Assembly (NCBI RefSeq): GCF_009834535.1
Contig: NC_045696.1
Location: 61,072,001 to 61,136,000 of the forward strand
Origin: Camelus ferus
Lineage: Eukaryota
Length of the DNA: 64,000 nt
Direction: 5' to 3'
Below the pieces are notes generated by a model. It was not told the origin of the DNA. It was given only the letters and a program-made list of their open reading frames with translations, and did no database searches. Below, piece after piece: positions 37,501 through 52,500 of this stretch (positions are counted from its first letter, which is position 1; each line of letters opens with the position of its first letter). Both the position numbers and the translations under genes were made by a program.

Positions 37501-40500
37501 CTGTCCCCAGCTCACATGTACAGTGACGTCCATCTCCAGTCAGGTGCGGAGGGCAGGCCTCACAGCCCTTCCCAGGAATGCACTTCACACCTTGGAAGCA
37601 CGGCACATCGCAGGGGTCACTGGAGCGTTCGCAGAATTGGCCAAAGGTGTTTTCGTCACACATGCAGTTGGCCACCTGGAATGGGTTGCTGATCACTGGG
37701 TGGCCAGGGGGCTGAACAATTAAGGGCTTCTGGGTGTTTCTGTACTGATCCCTCTGGTCTGAGTCCTTGTCTTAATTCTGCCAGTATCCACCAAGCACCT
37801 TCCTGGCCAGGCCCTGGGCCTGCCTGTCCCTGCCCAAAGGCAGACTGTCCTGGGGCCTTGTCATCTCCCTGGGCCGTCCTTTGCCCTGAGCCCTCTGCCT
37901 GGTCCTTGCCTGGGATCTCAGCCTCTTCCCTCTCACATCTTATCTCCTTGCCTGAAATCCCTTCTAGAGTAAGATGGGGGCTAAATAAACAAACATTCTA
38001 CTACCCTTGGAAAACTGGACCCCATGTAAGTTGCAGCTTCCCGTTCTCCCTTCCCTTGCTGACTCCCAACCAAGAAGACAGAGCTGCTGAGCGTGAGAGC
38101 CCGCAGTCACCAGAACCAGGGCACAGGGGAGAACTGTGCCAGAAACCTCATCACACTCCTGGTCTTTCTTTTCTCCCCTACGGCGATGACTCTGGAAAGC
38201 TCCTTGCAACAGAACCCTTCAACACTTTCTACTTCCAAGACTGGATATCTTGGGATATCTAGAATAATGTATTGATTTTAATCCCTTTTTCCCCCATTTT
38301 TTTTCTCTTCCTGGACTCCCCTACCCCTGTCCCTTTCAAGCAGGAATTCTCTGCTCATGCTTCAGCACTGGGGTGTGTGTATAAGGGGTGAAGGAAGTGG
38401 TGGGGTATTGCCAGCCAAACGTTTTCCTTTCTGGCTCCCCCTTTACAAATAAAACAAAAAAAAAATTTTTTTTAAATGCAGATGGCACCAGATTCATGGA
38501 TTTAGGCCAAATATCTTGGCTAGAAACTTGAATGGAGAAGGATTTTCTCCAAACTGCGAAAGAGATGCTTCTTTCAGTTGGAGGAAGAGAGTGAAAGGGA
38601 CAGAAAAAGAGTTTCAGGGGTGCCAAGTTCAGAGGAGAGCTGTGCCTCTCTTCTCAACACCATGAGGATGAGGTCTCAAAGAAATGGCCGTGCAGTGCTT
38701 CTAGGCTGATGGGACCCTAAGCCACTGTACAGAAGGTCTCCTGTGTCTGAGCAAAGGCACCAGAGCCACAGAGTGCCTCCTTCAGTCTGAAGGGAGGGAG
38801 CATGGAGATTGTGGTCCGTGTAGACCCAGGCCCAGGGACCACAAGGGCACCTTCCTACTCTATGCTTCAGTGTCCTATTCCAGAACATGGAGCTGGGAAC
38901 CACTGGGCAACTCTAAGAAAGGCTGAGGTGGAAGTTTCCTGCAGGCCTGACTGAATGGGGGCTGAGAGATAAAAATTCAGTTGAGCTATAAGCAGTAAAG
39001 AAAATTCTATTTCTTATACTTGCAAGTTTGTGGCCCAAGATTGGTATCAGCCCCCCTCACCTACTACAGCTCCACCCACCTCCCAATACACACATTATCA
39101 CAGGCATTCAATGACAACATCCCTTCAATTTCCACTTCCTTTCCCCTCAACACGAAAGCTCCCTCCCCATCCTTCTCTAACACTCACCTCCAGGGAGGAA
39201 TTGCCCACCCAGTTGGTCTGGTTGTATAAGCACTGGCTCTTTGCCTTGCAAGCACAGACCACAGTCCTTGGCTTGAGCACAGATGACAAGCCGTCCTTGG
39301 CACTTCTTGCTAGAATCTCCAGAGTAAATGGTTCCAGCAGCTTTGGTGTCCATAGCAGTGTCCCATTCTCTGCCCCAGGGAAGACAAGATTGTTGAGAGT
39401 GGGGAGTCACATCTGCTCTGCTGTCTGACACATCCTGGCATCTAATACCCCAATGCTGAGGCTGGACTCCTCTCCACCTCCCCAGACCACTTGTCCAATC
39501 TTATCAACCATTTCTTTCAGCAATACTGGCTTCCTTGAGTGATCCTCCTGAGCACGCCCCAAGCTGGAGGTGGCACCAGCCCAACTAAGGGATTCTAAGG
39601 TGGGGCTCCACAGAGGGGAAGGCAGTTGCCCCTCTGAAGGGACCCCAAAGGGCCACCCTGCCTGGGCCAAAGGACAGGACATTTAAGGGTAATGGAGGAT
39701 GAAGGCCAGGATGCTCCCAACACTTGCCCAGGCTACTTGGCAGGTCTTCTGCAGAGAAGAAGAAAATGACTCCAGCTTCCCGGCAGCCCCATCCCTTGCC
39801 CTGATTTCTCACCCACTGCTCTCATTTCCTGGACCTTTCACTAGCCGCCTTCAGACACCAGACTACAGTGAAACACTGCTGCATATCAATAAGGACTCTT
39901 CTGATCAAACCTGTCTTACGTTGTGCAAGAAAATAGGGAAGTCTCCTGGAAACAATAGGTTGAGAGGAGCAGATAGTAGGGAACAGATGAGAGTAATTCC
40001 CAGGCCGTCACTCTTCAGGAAAGGAGCCCAGTGGAGGAGAAAATCTGCTGCCATTGACTGGGCACCTGGGAGGACGCCACATGGAGCAACAGGATGCAGG
40101 CAAAGCAGTCCTTTCTTAAGCACAGAGAAAGGAAATGAGTCAGAGAAGTGCTCAGAGCTCAGAATAAGGTCCCTAAGGGCTTTGATTTAGCAAAGTACAG
40201 TCACCAGCTTAATTAGTGCTGGCAACAGAAAGCAGGTTGCCTCCTGTGGGCTTTGACTCTTAAGCCAGATCAGGGTCCAGGCCTGGGGTCTCCTCACCGT
40301 TACTGACAGGGAAAGTTGAAGCTTTCAAGGAGGTGCAAAATTAGGTAAACACGTGAGAATGTACTGAACGAAGGTATTTATATTTCTTTAAATCTTGTTC
40401 TATATGATATCCTTCTTTGAACAGATATGAAAGTGTTTTAAATTAGCCTTTGTTCATTGTTATATTTAATAATTTGGTGATTGCATAAAGATGATTAAAG

Positions 40501-43500
40501 ATGATTGCATTTTGTAAGATTGAGATGAAATGATCTTTACACTGGATCTTAGCCAAAGGGCCGGAAACCAGTAGATGAAATGATCTTTGAATCAGTTGCA
40601 TGTGCCCAGAGTCACCAGGGTTAGCTGGTAAAATCATCATAAGCCCATCACTACTAGTCCCTATGGGCCATCTATCCAAATTATAGGAATAATTCCTAGA
40701 AATGTTGGTCCTGGGTATTCCAATGGAAAAATGACATGAAGTTGCACAGGATATAAATGCAAAATTACCCAAAGCTTGACTCTGACCTCATCAGCTATGG
40801 CCCCAGTCAAGCATTCTTACCAAAGAGCTTGAAGTCAGCGCCATTGTTTCTGAGCGTGAATGTGACGTTCTCAGCACTGCTGGCATAATAAACCTGCGTG
40901 GTCTGTCCAGTGAAGGCTTTCAGCTCCTGAAGACCCTCGATAGGGGGCGGGTACTGATCTGAGACACAAAGAAGGGATTCGGGATCTGAGGCAGGATACT
41001 ATCTTGCCTTCTGGGCCTCCTCTCTCTTTCTCTAGTCCTCTGGCTTGTAAGAGGCATTCCCAGGGCTGTGACCCACCTCCAGAAGCAGGAATTATCCTGT
41101 GTAACTGCTCTCAAACCTACGCAAATCAGGCTGCGGTTGTATTGCCCACCAGGCCAAATCTTTGTTCTCTTTTATTTTCTCCCCAAACAGGGTTTATTTC
41201 AAGTTCTTTCCTGATCAGAATGCCATGCTGGGCATGGTATGAAGTGAACCAGAGGACAGGGTTGTTGAGACCAATGCAGAGTTTTACCTTCGGAAGAGGG
41301 CCGAAAACCACGAGGGTCATATCTCACGGGCATTGCATTTGTCAGGAAATAGAGGGGTGAAGCCCTTTCACCGGTCCCTGTGTTTTGGAGCCCTGCTATT
41401 TCCATTTCATTGTTGATTCATCCGTTTATTCATTCAGTCACTCAATAAATATTTATTGTCACCTACTCTACGACTGGCACTGTTCTTGGTGGTAAGAACA
41501 CAGCAATGAACAAATAAGAAAGATACCGATGAAAATTTGAAAATGTGTTAGATAGTTATACATGTTAAGGAGAAAAAAAATTGAGCAGGGAAAGAAAATA
41601 GGAAGTGTGGTGAACATGAAATTTTAGACAGGCTAGCCAAGAAAGGCATCGCTGAGAAGGTGACATTTGAACAGAGACTCGAAGGAGGTGAGGGGCAGGC
41701 CCGTGGCTGTCTAGGGGCAGGTGCTCCAGGCAGAGAATAGCACATGCAGAGTCTCGGAGTTGGGAGTGAGCCTGGCGTGTCTGAAGAAGAAAGAAGCCAG
41801 TGGGGCTGGAATGGAGGGAGTGAGGTGAGAACACTAGAAGAGTTTGGAGAGGCAATGGGGCCAGATTGGAATGACTTTGAAGGTTGACATAAGGACAGAG
41901 TGAGCTGTGGGTCATGGAAGGGTTTGAACAGAGGAATAACATGAGAAAAAGAAACTGTTAAATTTGAAAGATGTGTAGCTTTAAGGAGTGTCGTGGAAGC
42001 AGGGGCTCCTCATCTGCTCCGTAACTCTGCACAGGCCTCCCCGGGACCCACCACTTACTCAGGGTGGAGTTCATCTGCTGGTAAACTCTAAAGAGCATCC
42101 CAGTGTGTTGTCCAAGTTCCACATTTTGTGTGGCCAGGGTGTCATAGATGCATTGTTCATCTCCATTACACTGGGAGGTCAAATTTCCATTCAAGGATTT
42201 ATTTTCCCGCAGTTGTGAAAGGAACACAGGGGTGAAGTTGGAAGGCAAATGGTCATTCCTCTTGCCAAGGAGGCTTGTTCCATTGATTTCCCCTAAAACA
42301 CATGAGATGTGATGGTGGTGGGACCGTTTAGTTATATTTCTTTCTTGTCCACCCCTTATCCTCATGTTGTATGGTTTGAGGGGTGGGTGGGGACATGGAG
42401 GGACAGAGTGACTTCCAGCTTCTGAGATTGGAAATGCCTGCTCTAGTGAGTGAGGGCCACCCACTTCCTCTCTTCCAGATAGAGGGACTCAGGTGGGTTG
42501 AGGGTGGAGCGGACAAATCTGAGGTGGCACCAGAATCTTCAGGTCTCTTCCTGGCCTTTCCATCCCTCCCTCACACAGGACAGAGGTCCGGTTCCCACAG
42601 GACTGAGGGAGGCAGTGCAGCAGCTTCCCTTATCCTGGCCCTGCCCCATCTGCCCGAGGACTCTGAGGCCCAGACTCACAGGTCATTCCATAGTGAAAAA
42701 GTGTCTCCTCAGTGCTCCCCAAGGCAATGGTGGAGCCATTGGGCATCCTGAAGTCGTCATGTGGGTTGCCGTTCCAGAACCCTGAGGAACAGAGCAGGAG
42801 TTGGCCACCCTGGAACTGTGACCCTCCCCTTCCCTGGGGAGCATCCAGCGGGTCATATGGAGATGTGGGGAGGAGGAGGGAGCCTGGGGAGCCTTTGCCA
42901 GTTGCATGTGTTCTCGGTTCAGTTATCCAGGAGAAGGAGAAAGGACTATGACCTCAGAGCCCTCCCCTCAGCTTTAGGGAAGAAGAAAATGAAGGAGGGA
43001 ATGAAGAAGGAAGAGAGAGAATGTTGGGGGTGGAAGGAGGGTGGGGAGGTGCGAAACCAGAAGGGAGCTGCTGGACCCACACTCCCCAGAGCCCATCCTT
43101 GATGCCCCCTTGGTTGCCCTGGAACCAGAGCTTCAGGAGGACGGGAAGTGAGCTTCAAAGGTAGCTGAAGAGGTGCCTCCTCCTTTCCTGAGCTCAGTAC
43201 CCTCCCAGGGCTCCACTCCAAGGAGGCTGAGAAAGGAAGCCCCATCTGGGAGGTCCGCAGGCCCACAGGATGGGGAGCTGCTGCGGGCTGGGGACCTGAG
43301 CGCCTGTTGCAGAGTCAGGCTCCTGCCTGCTCCTTACCCATGAGGCCCTCTGTGTGGTTCTGGTACTCCTCTGGGAGGCTGCAGGAGGCATGGAGGATGT
43401 TGGAGAGAGCAATCACTGAGACGGTCACTGCCCCATCGAAGTTGGCTGACACCATGGAGCCATTGCGGGTCATTATGACTCCAGTGGTGTTGACTATCAC

Positions 43501-46500
43501 CTGGCCTAGAATGTGGGGAGACAGATGAGGAAGCAACCAGAATTGGAGCTCTGGAGGCCCAAGACTGGCAGTAATGAAGGTTCAAGATGCAGAGGAGACT
43601 GAGAGTGGCTGGGAGACATCCTTCAGGGTCCTACTCCATCCAGCAGCGCGAAACCATACCCACAGGACATCCTCACAGCCCACCCCATCCACTTCTCCCT
43701 GGGGACTGAGGACGGGGCTGCCACCAAGAGGCTGTCACACACAGACCCAGAGGAAGGAGAGAAGTGAAGAGGGCAAGTTTGATGCTCTGCTCTGGTGAAG
43801 AAACTGCTCAGGCATAGCTGCTGGAGGGACGCAGGGCTGGTGACCTCTCTGTTCTGCCACGATGCTGCTGCCTCTCCACCCCTGCACCCTGCTCCCCCAT
43901 GCCGGGCACCCCACTGACTCTGACCTTGACCCAGGGAAGCAGGAGAGGGCTGCTGATGGCTGTCCCCAGCCTACCTTCTGCTCCTTCTCGAGTAGTCGTT
44001 ACATTCTGGTTGTTGAGCCGAACATGGATTGTGTCATTAGGCTCAAGGAACCATTGAACCTGGAAAGGAATTGGTGGAGGCCTAAGCCCGACCTGCAGGT
44101 GGGCCCAGAGGCCAAGGAAGGAGGCTGCGAGGAGAGTGTAGAGCCTGGGCCTTGGACGAAGGTGAGGGTGATGGGGAGATGATACAAGGTGATCTAGCTA
44201 CCGTGTGCAGGGTGCTTAGCACCCGCCACGCTTTGAGCTGGGCACATTTCTTAGATTAGCTTTTAAATCTCATAACAGCCCTGTGAGGCAGGTATATTAT
44301 TATCCCCATTTTACTATCAGAAAAACGAGGCACCAGAGGTTAAGTCATTTCTTCAGTCACACAGCTGGTGGAGCCAGGACCCCAATCCTGTGTCTGTCTC
44401 AGGGTTGACTCAAACACTGTGCTGGCAGGATGCAGCCTCCTTCCCTCCTGCCCCCTTCCCTTCTTCCTCCTCAGTCTCCTCCTGGGCCTCAAATTCCAGC
44501 TAAAGTTCCTGTAGCTGAAGGTGCTCTGGGAGGGGAGTGCCATCCCCCTCACCGTGATGGGGTCCAGTGTGCTGGAGCTGTATTTAGCGGCAAAGGCAAT
44601 GAAGTTGGTGGCCTGTGCTGAGCCAGTCTGGGCAGTGCGGCCCTGCAGCATGAAGGAGGAGTTTCTGTCCTGGGCCTGGACCAGCAGGAAATCCCCCAGC
44701 CCATTGAAGGTGTAATTGGCACCATCCAAGGTAGTGATGTGGGGGTCCCCGAACATCCAGGCTGGAAAAAAGAAGGCACCACATTGGCATGGCAGACCAG
44801 GGAAGGGGCTGGGATTTCTCACTGCCCCCAGGCAGGGTGTTTGCCTGGGAGACTCCAGCCTGGGGAGGTGCTCATGGAGCCTAGAACACTCCCCGGAAGC
44901 TCCCTTGCATTGTGTGCCCCCCACCCACCTCTCATTATCTCCCCTTCCCTCAAGGACATGTATAAAGTCCCTTGTTTGCTATCTCTGCACAATGGAACCA
45001 TGTCCATCTTCCTTTGTGGCCACAGCCCTGCCCCAGGAAGCTTGTGCCACCCTGGTCCAGACCCCAAGAGGCTTTCTCCCCCTTCCCCTGCCAGATCTTC
45101 CACCTTGGCCCTGCCCCAGGGCCAAGCTCCAGCAGCCTCACCGGGCCTTGGGGGCTGGTACCCAGAGCAGCCGATGCGGGGCCGCCTTAGCTGGTACAGG
45201 GCGCAAAAGGAGGGCTTGTCGTTGAAGCGGCAGCACCAGTTCTGAGCCTCCAGTTCTTGGTCTGTGGGGAAGGAAGCTTGTTGGGGAGGTGGAGGACGTG
45301 CAGACCCCAGCTGGGAGGTTTGGGCAGGATGACACGGGCAGCACCGGCATGGCTTGGGAATCAGGGGCACCTCACTTCAGATCCTGCCCTGCGCAACGAC
45401 CTTGGGCCATTGACCAGTCCCCTTTTCGGACTTGTCAGAGCCACAAGCAGCAAAGCTCCCAATGGGCCGGGCACAGGGTCCTTCCTTTCTTGAAGGGTGG
45501 GGTGCTGAGTCCCACAGCTCTCAAAGTGCTGGGAGTGAGAAGTCATGGCTGGTGGTCTGGGGACTAAGGAGGCTGCTGCGATTACAGGGAAGAAGATGGG
45601 GGCAGACACACTTTGGCCCCCCAACCCTGTGCTTTCTAGCTCCTTTGGAGGGTATCTGTGGGAGATGACTCCACGTCTTCCCCCATACAGCCTGCTAATC
45701 TGGGTCCGGACGGACAGGGTCAGACCAGGTCCCCTCCCCTTTCCTAGAAAGATGCCCCCATTCTGGGCTGGGGCTATGGGCCAGGCGGAGATGGAGCAAG
45801 AGGAACTCAGTTGTAAATCCCTAAGATGGCAGCTGGAAGGGCAGTCGGAAACTTCCTAATGTTACAAGATCAGGAAATTGAGGGTCAGAGATGGGTAGTA
45901 GCGGGGAGGAAATGGGGACGAGAGGCCTCATTCTGCAGCTCCCACAAGCTGGCATGGAGCCCAGGCTGGGCTCTGACAGGGAAGAACAGAAAGCTCCAGA
46001 AAAGGCGGGGTTGAGAGCTTGGTGGACACACGTACCAAACTGCCAAGGACTCTGTACTCTCCAGCCTTCGAGAAGCTCTCCCCAGGGCCCGTAGCTGCAG
46101 CAGACGCCCCCACGCCAGGAGGAGAAGCTGCACAGCTGGCTGCTGCCGGCATACCACCAGCCTGCAACAAGCCAGACGTACTCAGGCCCAGGGTGCCTGT
46201 GGGGGGTGGTACAATGGGGTGGGGGTGCTTCTGGGGAGGAACTGAGGGGGTCCTGGAAGGGACAGGTCACGTGTGGTCAGAGAGAGGGTGGGTGGGTCTG
46301 TGGGGGCCAGAGGGTGACATAAGAGACAGGAAGGGGGTGTCACCTATGTTGATGGGCTGGAATCTTAAGTCCCACAGTCCCTGCTGCCAGGAGCAAGGGC
46401 AGGAGAGGCTGGGCCCCTGAGGCTGTCTCTTCAATGACTGCAGGCACCTGAGACGGTGGTTGGGCTTTTCTTTCCTGTGTAGCTTGTAGACCTGCAGCCC

Positions 46501-49500
46501 TCGGAGGCCTGGGGAGCAGAGGAAGGGTTATTCCGGGGCCTGAGGCCACAAGCTCTGTGTTAGCTTTAGGGACAAGCACAACTCATAAGTGCTCCTCTGT
46601 ATGTCACTCCCCCAACTCTGAACAGCTCTTCCAGGGATGGGCCCAGTTCAGACTGGTAGTAACTCCTCCCTACAGGCCGCTTTGATGTGACCTCCAAAAT
46701 CTCAAAGCTTGGATCCTAGGGTGAAACCCTGGATAAGTGCTGGGCAGGGAGGCCTCACCTCTACCCAACTCAGAGCGAAACCCTGACTCTGGACTCCAGA
46801 GCCCAGTGAAATACAACAGGACATAATGTATTCGATTTTGACCCTGCTTCCACACAAAAGAAGAAATTCTCAAGATAACTACAATTTGATAGGGTTTTGA
46901 AAAGAATAATCATTGTTTATGATTATCTGTTTGTGTATCTTCTCAATGGCCTGGTACAGAGGAAACACATGGGATACTTTCCCCAAATACACACACAAAC
47001 ACACACACACACACACACAATCACACTGCACCCTCTACATCACAAGCAGATGCATCTTGATAGAAGGGCCTTAATCTGAAACGACTGCTTTCTCCACAAG
47101 ATGGCACCCATGATTTGACTTAGCTTCCAGAAGTTCTTGCCACAGAACAAATAAAATTGGATTTATGCTTCACAATTTACATGGCTAATTTCTAATGTTA
47201 AAATGTCCCCTGTTCTATCACATTTTGGAAACTGTAATTCTTTCCCCTTTGGGGCCACCGGAAGAGGCCCATGGGGCCTGAAGTACTGGCCTTCTTACTG
47301 GAATAAGAGCTCTTTGAGAGCAAACATAGTCGGTCTTTTTCATTTTTTTTCATATTCCTGGCTCTTTGCACAGTGTCCAACACACAGCAGCTACTCAATA
47401 AGTGATGACCGAGTGGATGTCAGACCCCTGGATCTCCTCTTAGTAGATTCCTTTAAGGGATCTCATCTGGGCTCTCATTCCAGCTCTGGGACAAGACACT
47501 TGGAGAATGGTCCTAACTGCCCATTCACATCCCCACCTCCTGCCACACCCTGTCCTTACTTCAAGGATCTGGGCCCACTGATAGCCCTCCCAGGTTCGGC
47601 TCATCCCAGGGAGGACACAGCCCCAACTGAGACTGCCCTATATGCGGGCACAAGAGATACACTGCTCCCTGGGCAGCGCCAAGTCCGAATTACACCTGCA
47701 GGAGGTTAGGTGGTGCTGGAAACACACTTTGGGATGGTGGATATGCAAGGGAGCTGCCCCCAGGACTGTCATTGCCTATGGAGTGGGAGACAGAAGAGGA
47801 CTTGGTTCCTCGAGTGTAGGAAGGTGGCGTTTTTACCTGAGTTGGAATCCAGGAATTGGTCTGGACGATACCTCTCCCATAGTGGTTGGAATGTCAGTGG
47901 GCTGTTTTCGAAATACCCATCTCCACTGCGGACAAAGGAAAGAAGCTTTGGCCTCTGTCACACAGTCTTTCCCCACTGTCGGCAAGTTATTCATTCATCC
48001 AGCTGGTCAGCCAGCCAGTCCCTCACTCATTCCAGCTAGTCATTAGTTATCAGCTGGTCAATCAGTTATTCTGACAGTTGGTCAGTCCACCAGCTAGAAC
48101 CACTGACTCCCGGCCCTAAGCAGGAGAAGGGAAGAGAAGGATGGGGCAGGAGTCAGGAGGCTCGAATTTATTCCACATCAGATGGCTAACTGCAGGAAGC
48201 CGGTTATGGGCAGGGTGTGAAAACAACAGGTCAGGCCTCCTTCCTGGTAGGTTCCCTTCACCTAGGGGCTGGAGAGGGGGCTCTGTAGGGGACAGCTGGT
48301 TGTGAGGGCTAAGAGCCGATCTGTTGAGCTACGCAGTTATGGGTTCAGTTTCCCATTGCAGCACTTGGTAGCTTGGTGGCCATGGGCAAGTTACTTAACC
48401 TCTTTGGTTCTTAGTGTTCACCTCTGTGTGAAAGGGGTCGCAGTAGCCTCTACCTCACAGCATTGTGAAGATCTGATGCAGTAACATTAGTAAATCCCTC
48501 AGGACTGAGTGAGGACGGGTGCCATGGATGTGCCATCCCCGCCCGCCTCTGACACAGGGCAGGTGACGCACAGGGACGTGACACCTTCTGTGAGTGCACT
48601 CAGAATGGTGTGAAATTCCTAGCTTGTTGGATAATTCCACCCCTTTCTCCTTCAGGGCACATCGAAAAACAAGTGAAAGCAACATAATTATAGGGGCCAT
48701 CCAGTACACACTCTAAGAGAAAAACATTTGCAGCATGTTAATTACCAGTAACAAATTACATGGGAACTTCACAACCGATTGCACAAGTACCATGGTTGAG
48801 AACTGCTGTGTCAGAGACTGAGACATCGCCACACTTGGGAACCCACGTCCCCACCCAAGCCCCATCCATCCCTCTACTCTCCGTCTTTGCCCCAGCCTTA
48901 CACAAGCTGTTGGTGCCCCTGCGTGAGGGGTTAATTCTCAGCCCGTCAGAAGTCAGGAAGGTTTCAGCCTCATATTTTGGGTTCAAATTCCTGCTTTGCC
49001 ACTTTCTAGCTCTGTGACTCTGAGCAATTACTCGTCTGTATGTACCTCAGTTCCTTTATCTGCAGAATGGGTGATTAACACTCTCTCTTTCATGGAGTTG
49101 TTGTGATGATCAAATACAATTACGCATATTAAGCACTTGGCGTACTAAATGTTGGCTGCTGTTATGATGGTTTTTGAGAAGTTAAAAGAGGTCAGCTAAT
49201 GTCCGTGGAAATCCGAGAAGTCAAAACTGTGGGAATTATTATCACCATGCACGGAAACTGGGATAGGAAAGGCAGAGTTAATAGGGATCTTTTAATGTGA
49301 AACGGCAAGAAGCGGGAAGTCGAGTCAGCACAAGTCAGCAGCATTGGCAAGGAGGTTTGCGCCTCATCCTGGGCAATGTGAACGTGTGTGCAGCGAAACC
49401 CCTGCTCTGCACCCTTCCTAGTATCCACTCAGTGCTGACAGCCCCTCCCTGGCCTACCTGGTGAAGCCCATGAGGACGGGGTTGCCTGGGCGCTGGGTCA

Positions 49501-52500
49501 CATCCCACTGCATCCCACCGCTTTGGTAGAGAAACAGGGCGTAGGACCTGCTCCCATCTGTGGAAAGGATGGCCTGGTAGGTGTTGGTCTGGGGATTGGT
49601 TAGAGACACACATACGGATGTTTGTGAGAGATCTGGGATGTCCCACCACCCAGCCCACACCCCGGGCCTGACACCCACGCCACCTCTTCGTGACCTACCC
49701 AGGGCAAAGGCTTGGGCTTGAAATACTGGTAAGTTTGGGACTGCGCAGGCAGCTTTCACCCTGGGTGTTAAAGCACCCGTCACGGTGGATTTGCCTTCTT
49801 TGTGACTTCTTTCCAGGGTAGGGGAGGTAAAGGACTCTGGGTTAGAGTCCAGTTGGAAGGGGTTTGTATGACAAAGCTTCAGCAAACTGAGAGATTAGCC
49901 AAGGTGCCAGAGAGCTGGGCGAGGCCCGAGGAGCTTCCTCAGGGATAGCTAAGGATATTGTCCAAGTGTCCTCTCAACCTAAGTAGCAAGGAGGACCACG
50001 GCCGCTGAGGCTGGAGGGTCTCTGAAGGTGAGTGCCAAGCACTGTGCTTGTCCAAAGTAGGTAAGTTGCTGAGCCAACTGAGCAACCAGTGACTTCAGAC
50101 CAGACACAAGGAAGCACTCTGTGACCGCCAGAGGGAAGACTAGGGGGCTGTGGTGTGCCCAATTACATTGGCTGCGTTTTGGTCGAGAGCCAGAGCGTGG
50201 GGTCAGAGAAACCTCTGGCTTTGTCATTTGCTAGCTGGGTGACCTTGAGCAAGTTGCTTAACTTCTCTAACCATCATCTTCCTCATCTCTGATACATGGA
50301 TAACAGTATCAGGTTGAACCATATAAAACTGCCAATAGCCAGCCATTTTTGACTCACAAAATTTCCATGTCCTACATTTCAACCTCCTAATACCCAGTGC
50401 TCTGGGCTGCTATGAGGTCGTGTAAGCAGAGGCACACCTGGTACAGGGTGAAAGCTCAGCAAATGGGCTGGGGTGCTGGAGGAGGAGGGGTGGGGGTGGG
50501 AGGTTGGGGGCTGGGGGGTGAGTGGGGAGGGCAGTGCTATAATCACCAATCTGACCTTGGGTCAAAGAGGATTTTAGAAGAGGAGGCCTCACGTAGGATT
50601 CTAGGATGCCTGACTTCCAGGTTGCTCACAGGAAGCTGCCCACTGGTCCACTTACCCCGAAGGTCCTCCAGGCAGGATAGGCGGGGGCACGGACCCAAGT
50701 GACCTTTAGCGTCCACTTGGCTTTGTAGATCCAGGCGTCTGTCAACATTTTAATCTGAGACTCCACACCCTGCACTAGTGGGTTGTATTCATCATACAGT
50801 GTCTCATATTCCTAGGAGAAGAAGGCAGATACGGACAAGGAAACGAGAGACCCCGCACTGTCTGCCTGGTGATCCTGCTCACTTCAGTACACCCCTGTCT
50901 CCCATCCTTCCGCGTCCTGGGCCTACATTTTCAGTTAGTTCCTCTGACCTTAAGGTCAATTCAAATTCTGGGAAGCCTGGGGCGTGTGGAGTGGTGACTC
51001 AAGGCCCAGAAACCCAAGTTTTCTGGACCTGAACTTCTGCATCTCTTAGCACAAACTGGCTTGGACTTTGTGAACACCTGCACCCATCTGTACCTCCCTG
51101 TATCCGACTGGAGGCTCCTTGAGGACAGGTGTGTGTTTCTCCATCTTTGGATCTTTTACAGTGCCTCATCTGAGGTGGCGGCACAATCCATATCCACCTG
51201 TGGTAGCTTTCACAATGTGAATAGCTCCCACTGAATGGAATCATTAACCCAATGTGGGAGCACATGCAGGGGCTTCACTTGACTCAGGCTTTCTGGGACA
51301 GACCCCCTACAATCTCACTCTAAAATCTAATGATGGATCACCAGCCCCCATCACTGTCTCCTGCAGGTCTTTCCATGGTTGTGTCCTAATCTGCTTCCTC
51401 CCCGCCCTCATAGTTAAGTTTCAATACCCACCCACACTGAGCCCAGGCTCTGACAGCAGTCATACTTGCAAGGCCCTCTGCACAGCCCTTTGTCTCTCCT
51501 TGCTGGTGGCTGGAGGACCCTGAGCTTTGAAAGGCTCACCTGGTAAAATACGGTTCCCCGGTGGCTAGAGAAATCAGCATCATCCCAGAATGGAGCCACC
51601 AGGGCCACAGGGTCCCGGGCTGTAAAGCCTCCAAGAGGAGGGTTGGGGTCAGAGAAAATCTGGTACTCTGGGAAAATGATCTGGCCATTATCTGTGAACT
51701 GAGCACAAAGGTTCATCCAGTTAGCACTCAGGAAGGGAGGCAGGGAGGGAACATCCCAGCCTTGGGCCAACTCCTGGGCCGCGTGAGCCCCGAGGGCCCC
51801 TCTGGGTAGAACTTCAGCTATGTTGACAACCTCTGGAAGGTCTCATCCACCTCTCTGCCTGCATGTAGTTCTCACACAAATACTCTTCACCCTTAGGACA
51901 TTCCTCATGTCCCAAGTCCTTCCAAAGGTGGTAGGTTTTGTCCTGCTTCAGTGGCAGACCCGTCTATAGACCAGCCCAATCACAAAGCAGAGCACAGAGC
52001 AGTCTCTGGGTAAATCCTCTCAGCCCCACCCTGAAGCTTGTGCCACATCACTTAGGGCTAAAAAGACTGATACCCTCACCCCTATCCCTGTGTGGCCCTT
52101 TCATTCTGTGTCCTGACTCAGCCCCTTTACCACGGGCCATAGTGGCCATGACGGCCATTCAACTCTCCTCCAGGAGACATGGGGAACTTGGACCGAGGAA
52201 CGAGGAAAGAATTAGAGAAAATGTGAATGGCCTCAAACACTCAAGTTCCCAGGCAGAGCTTCCTACTCATAAAAAGGGCCCATGAAAACAGTTAAACAGT
52301 TTACTGGGCCCTGGGACCTCTCCACTGGCGGTAACAGCACTCTGTCCCTGCGGGGTGGGGGCCTTGCTCAGCTCCCCATCTCCCTCAGCTGGTGCCCTGT
52401 CATTAAAGACAGCACATGCACATGCAGTCAGCGGCATGGACACAGTAGGTGTCTGAAAAGTATTGCTTCCATTTTCCATCTCAGTCACGGTCATGGTCAT

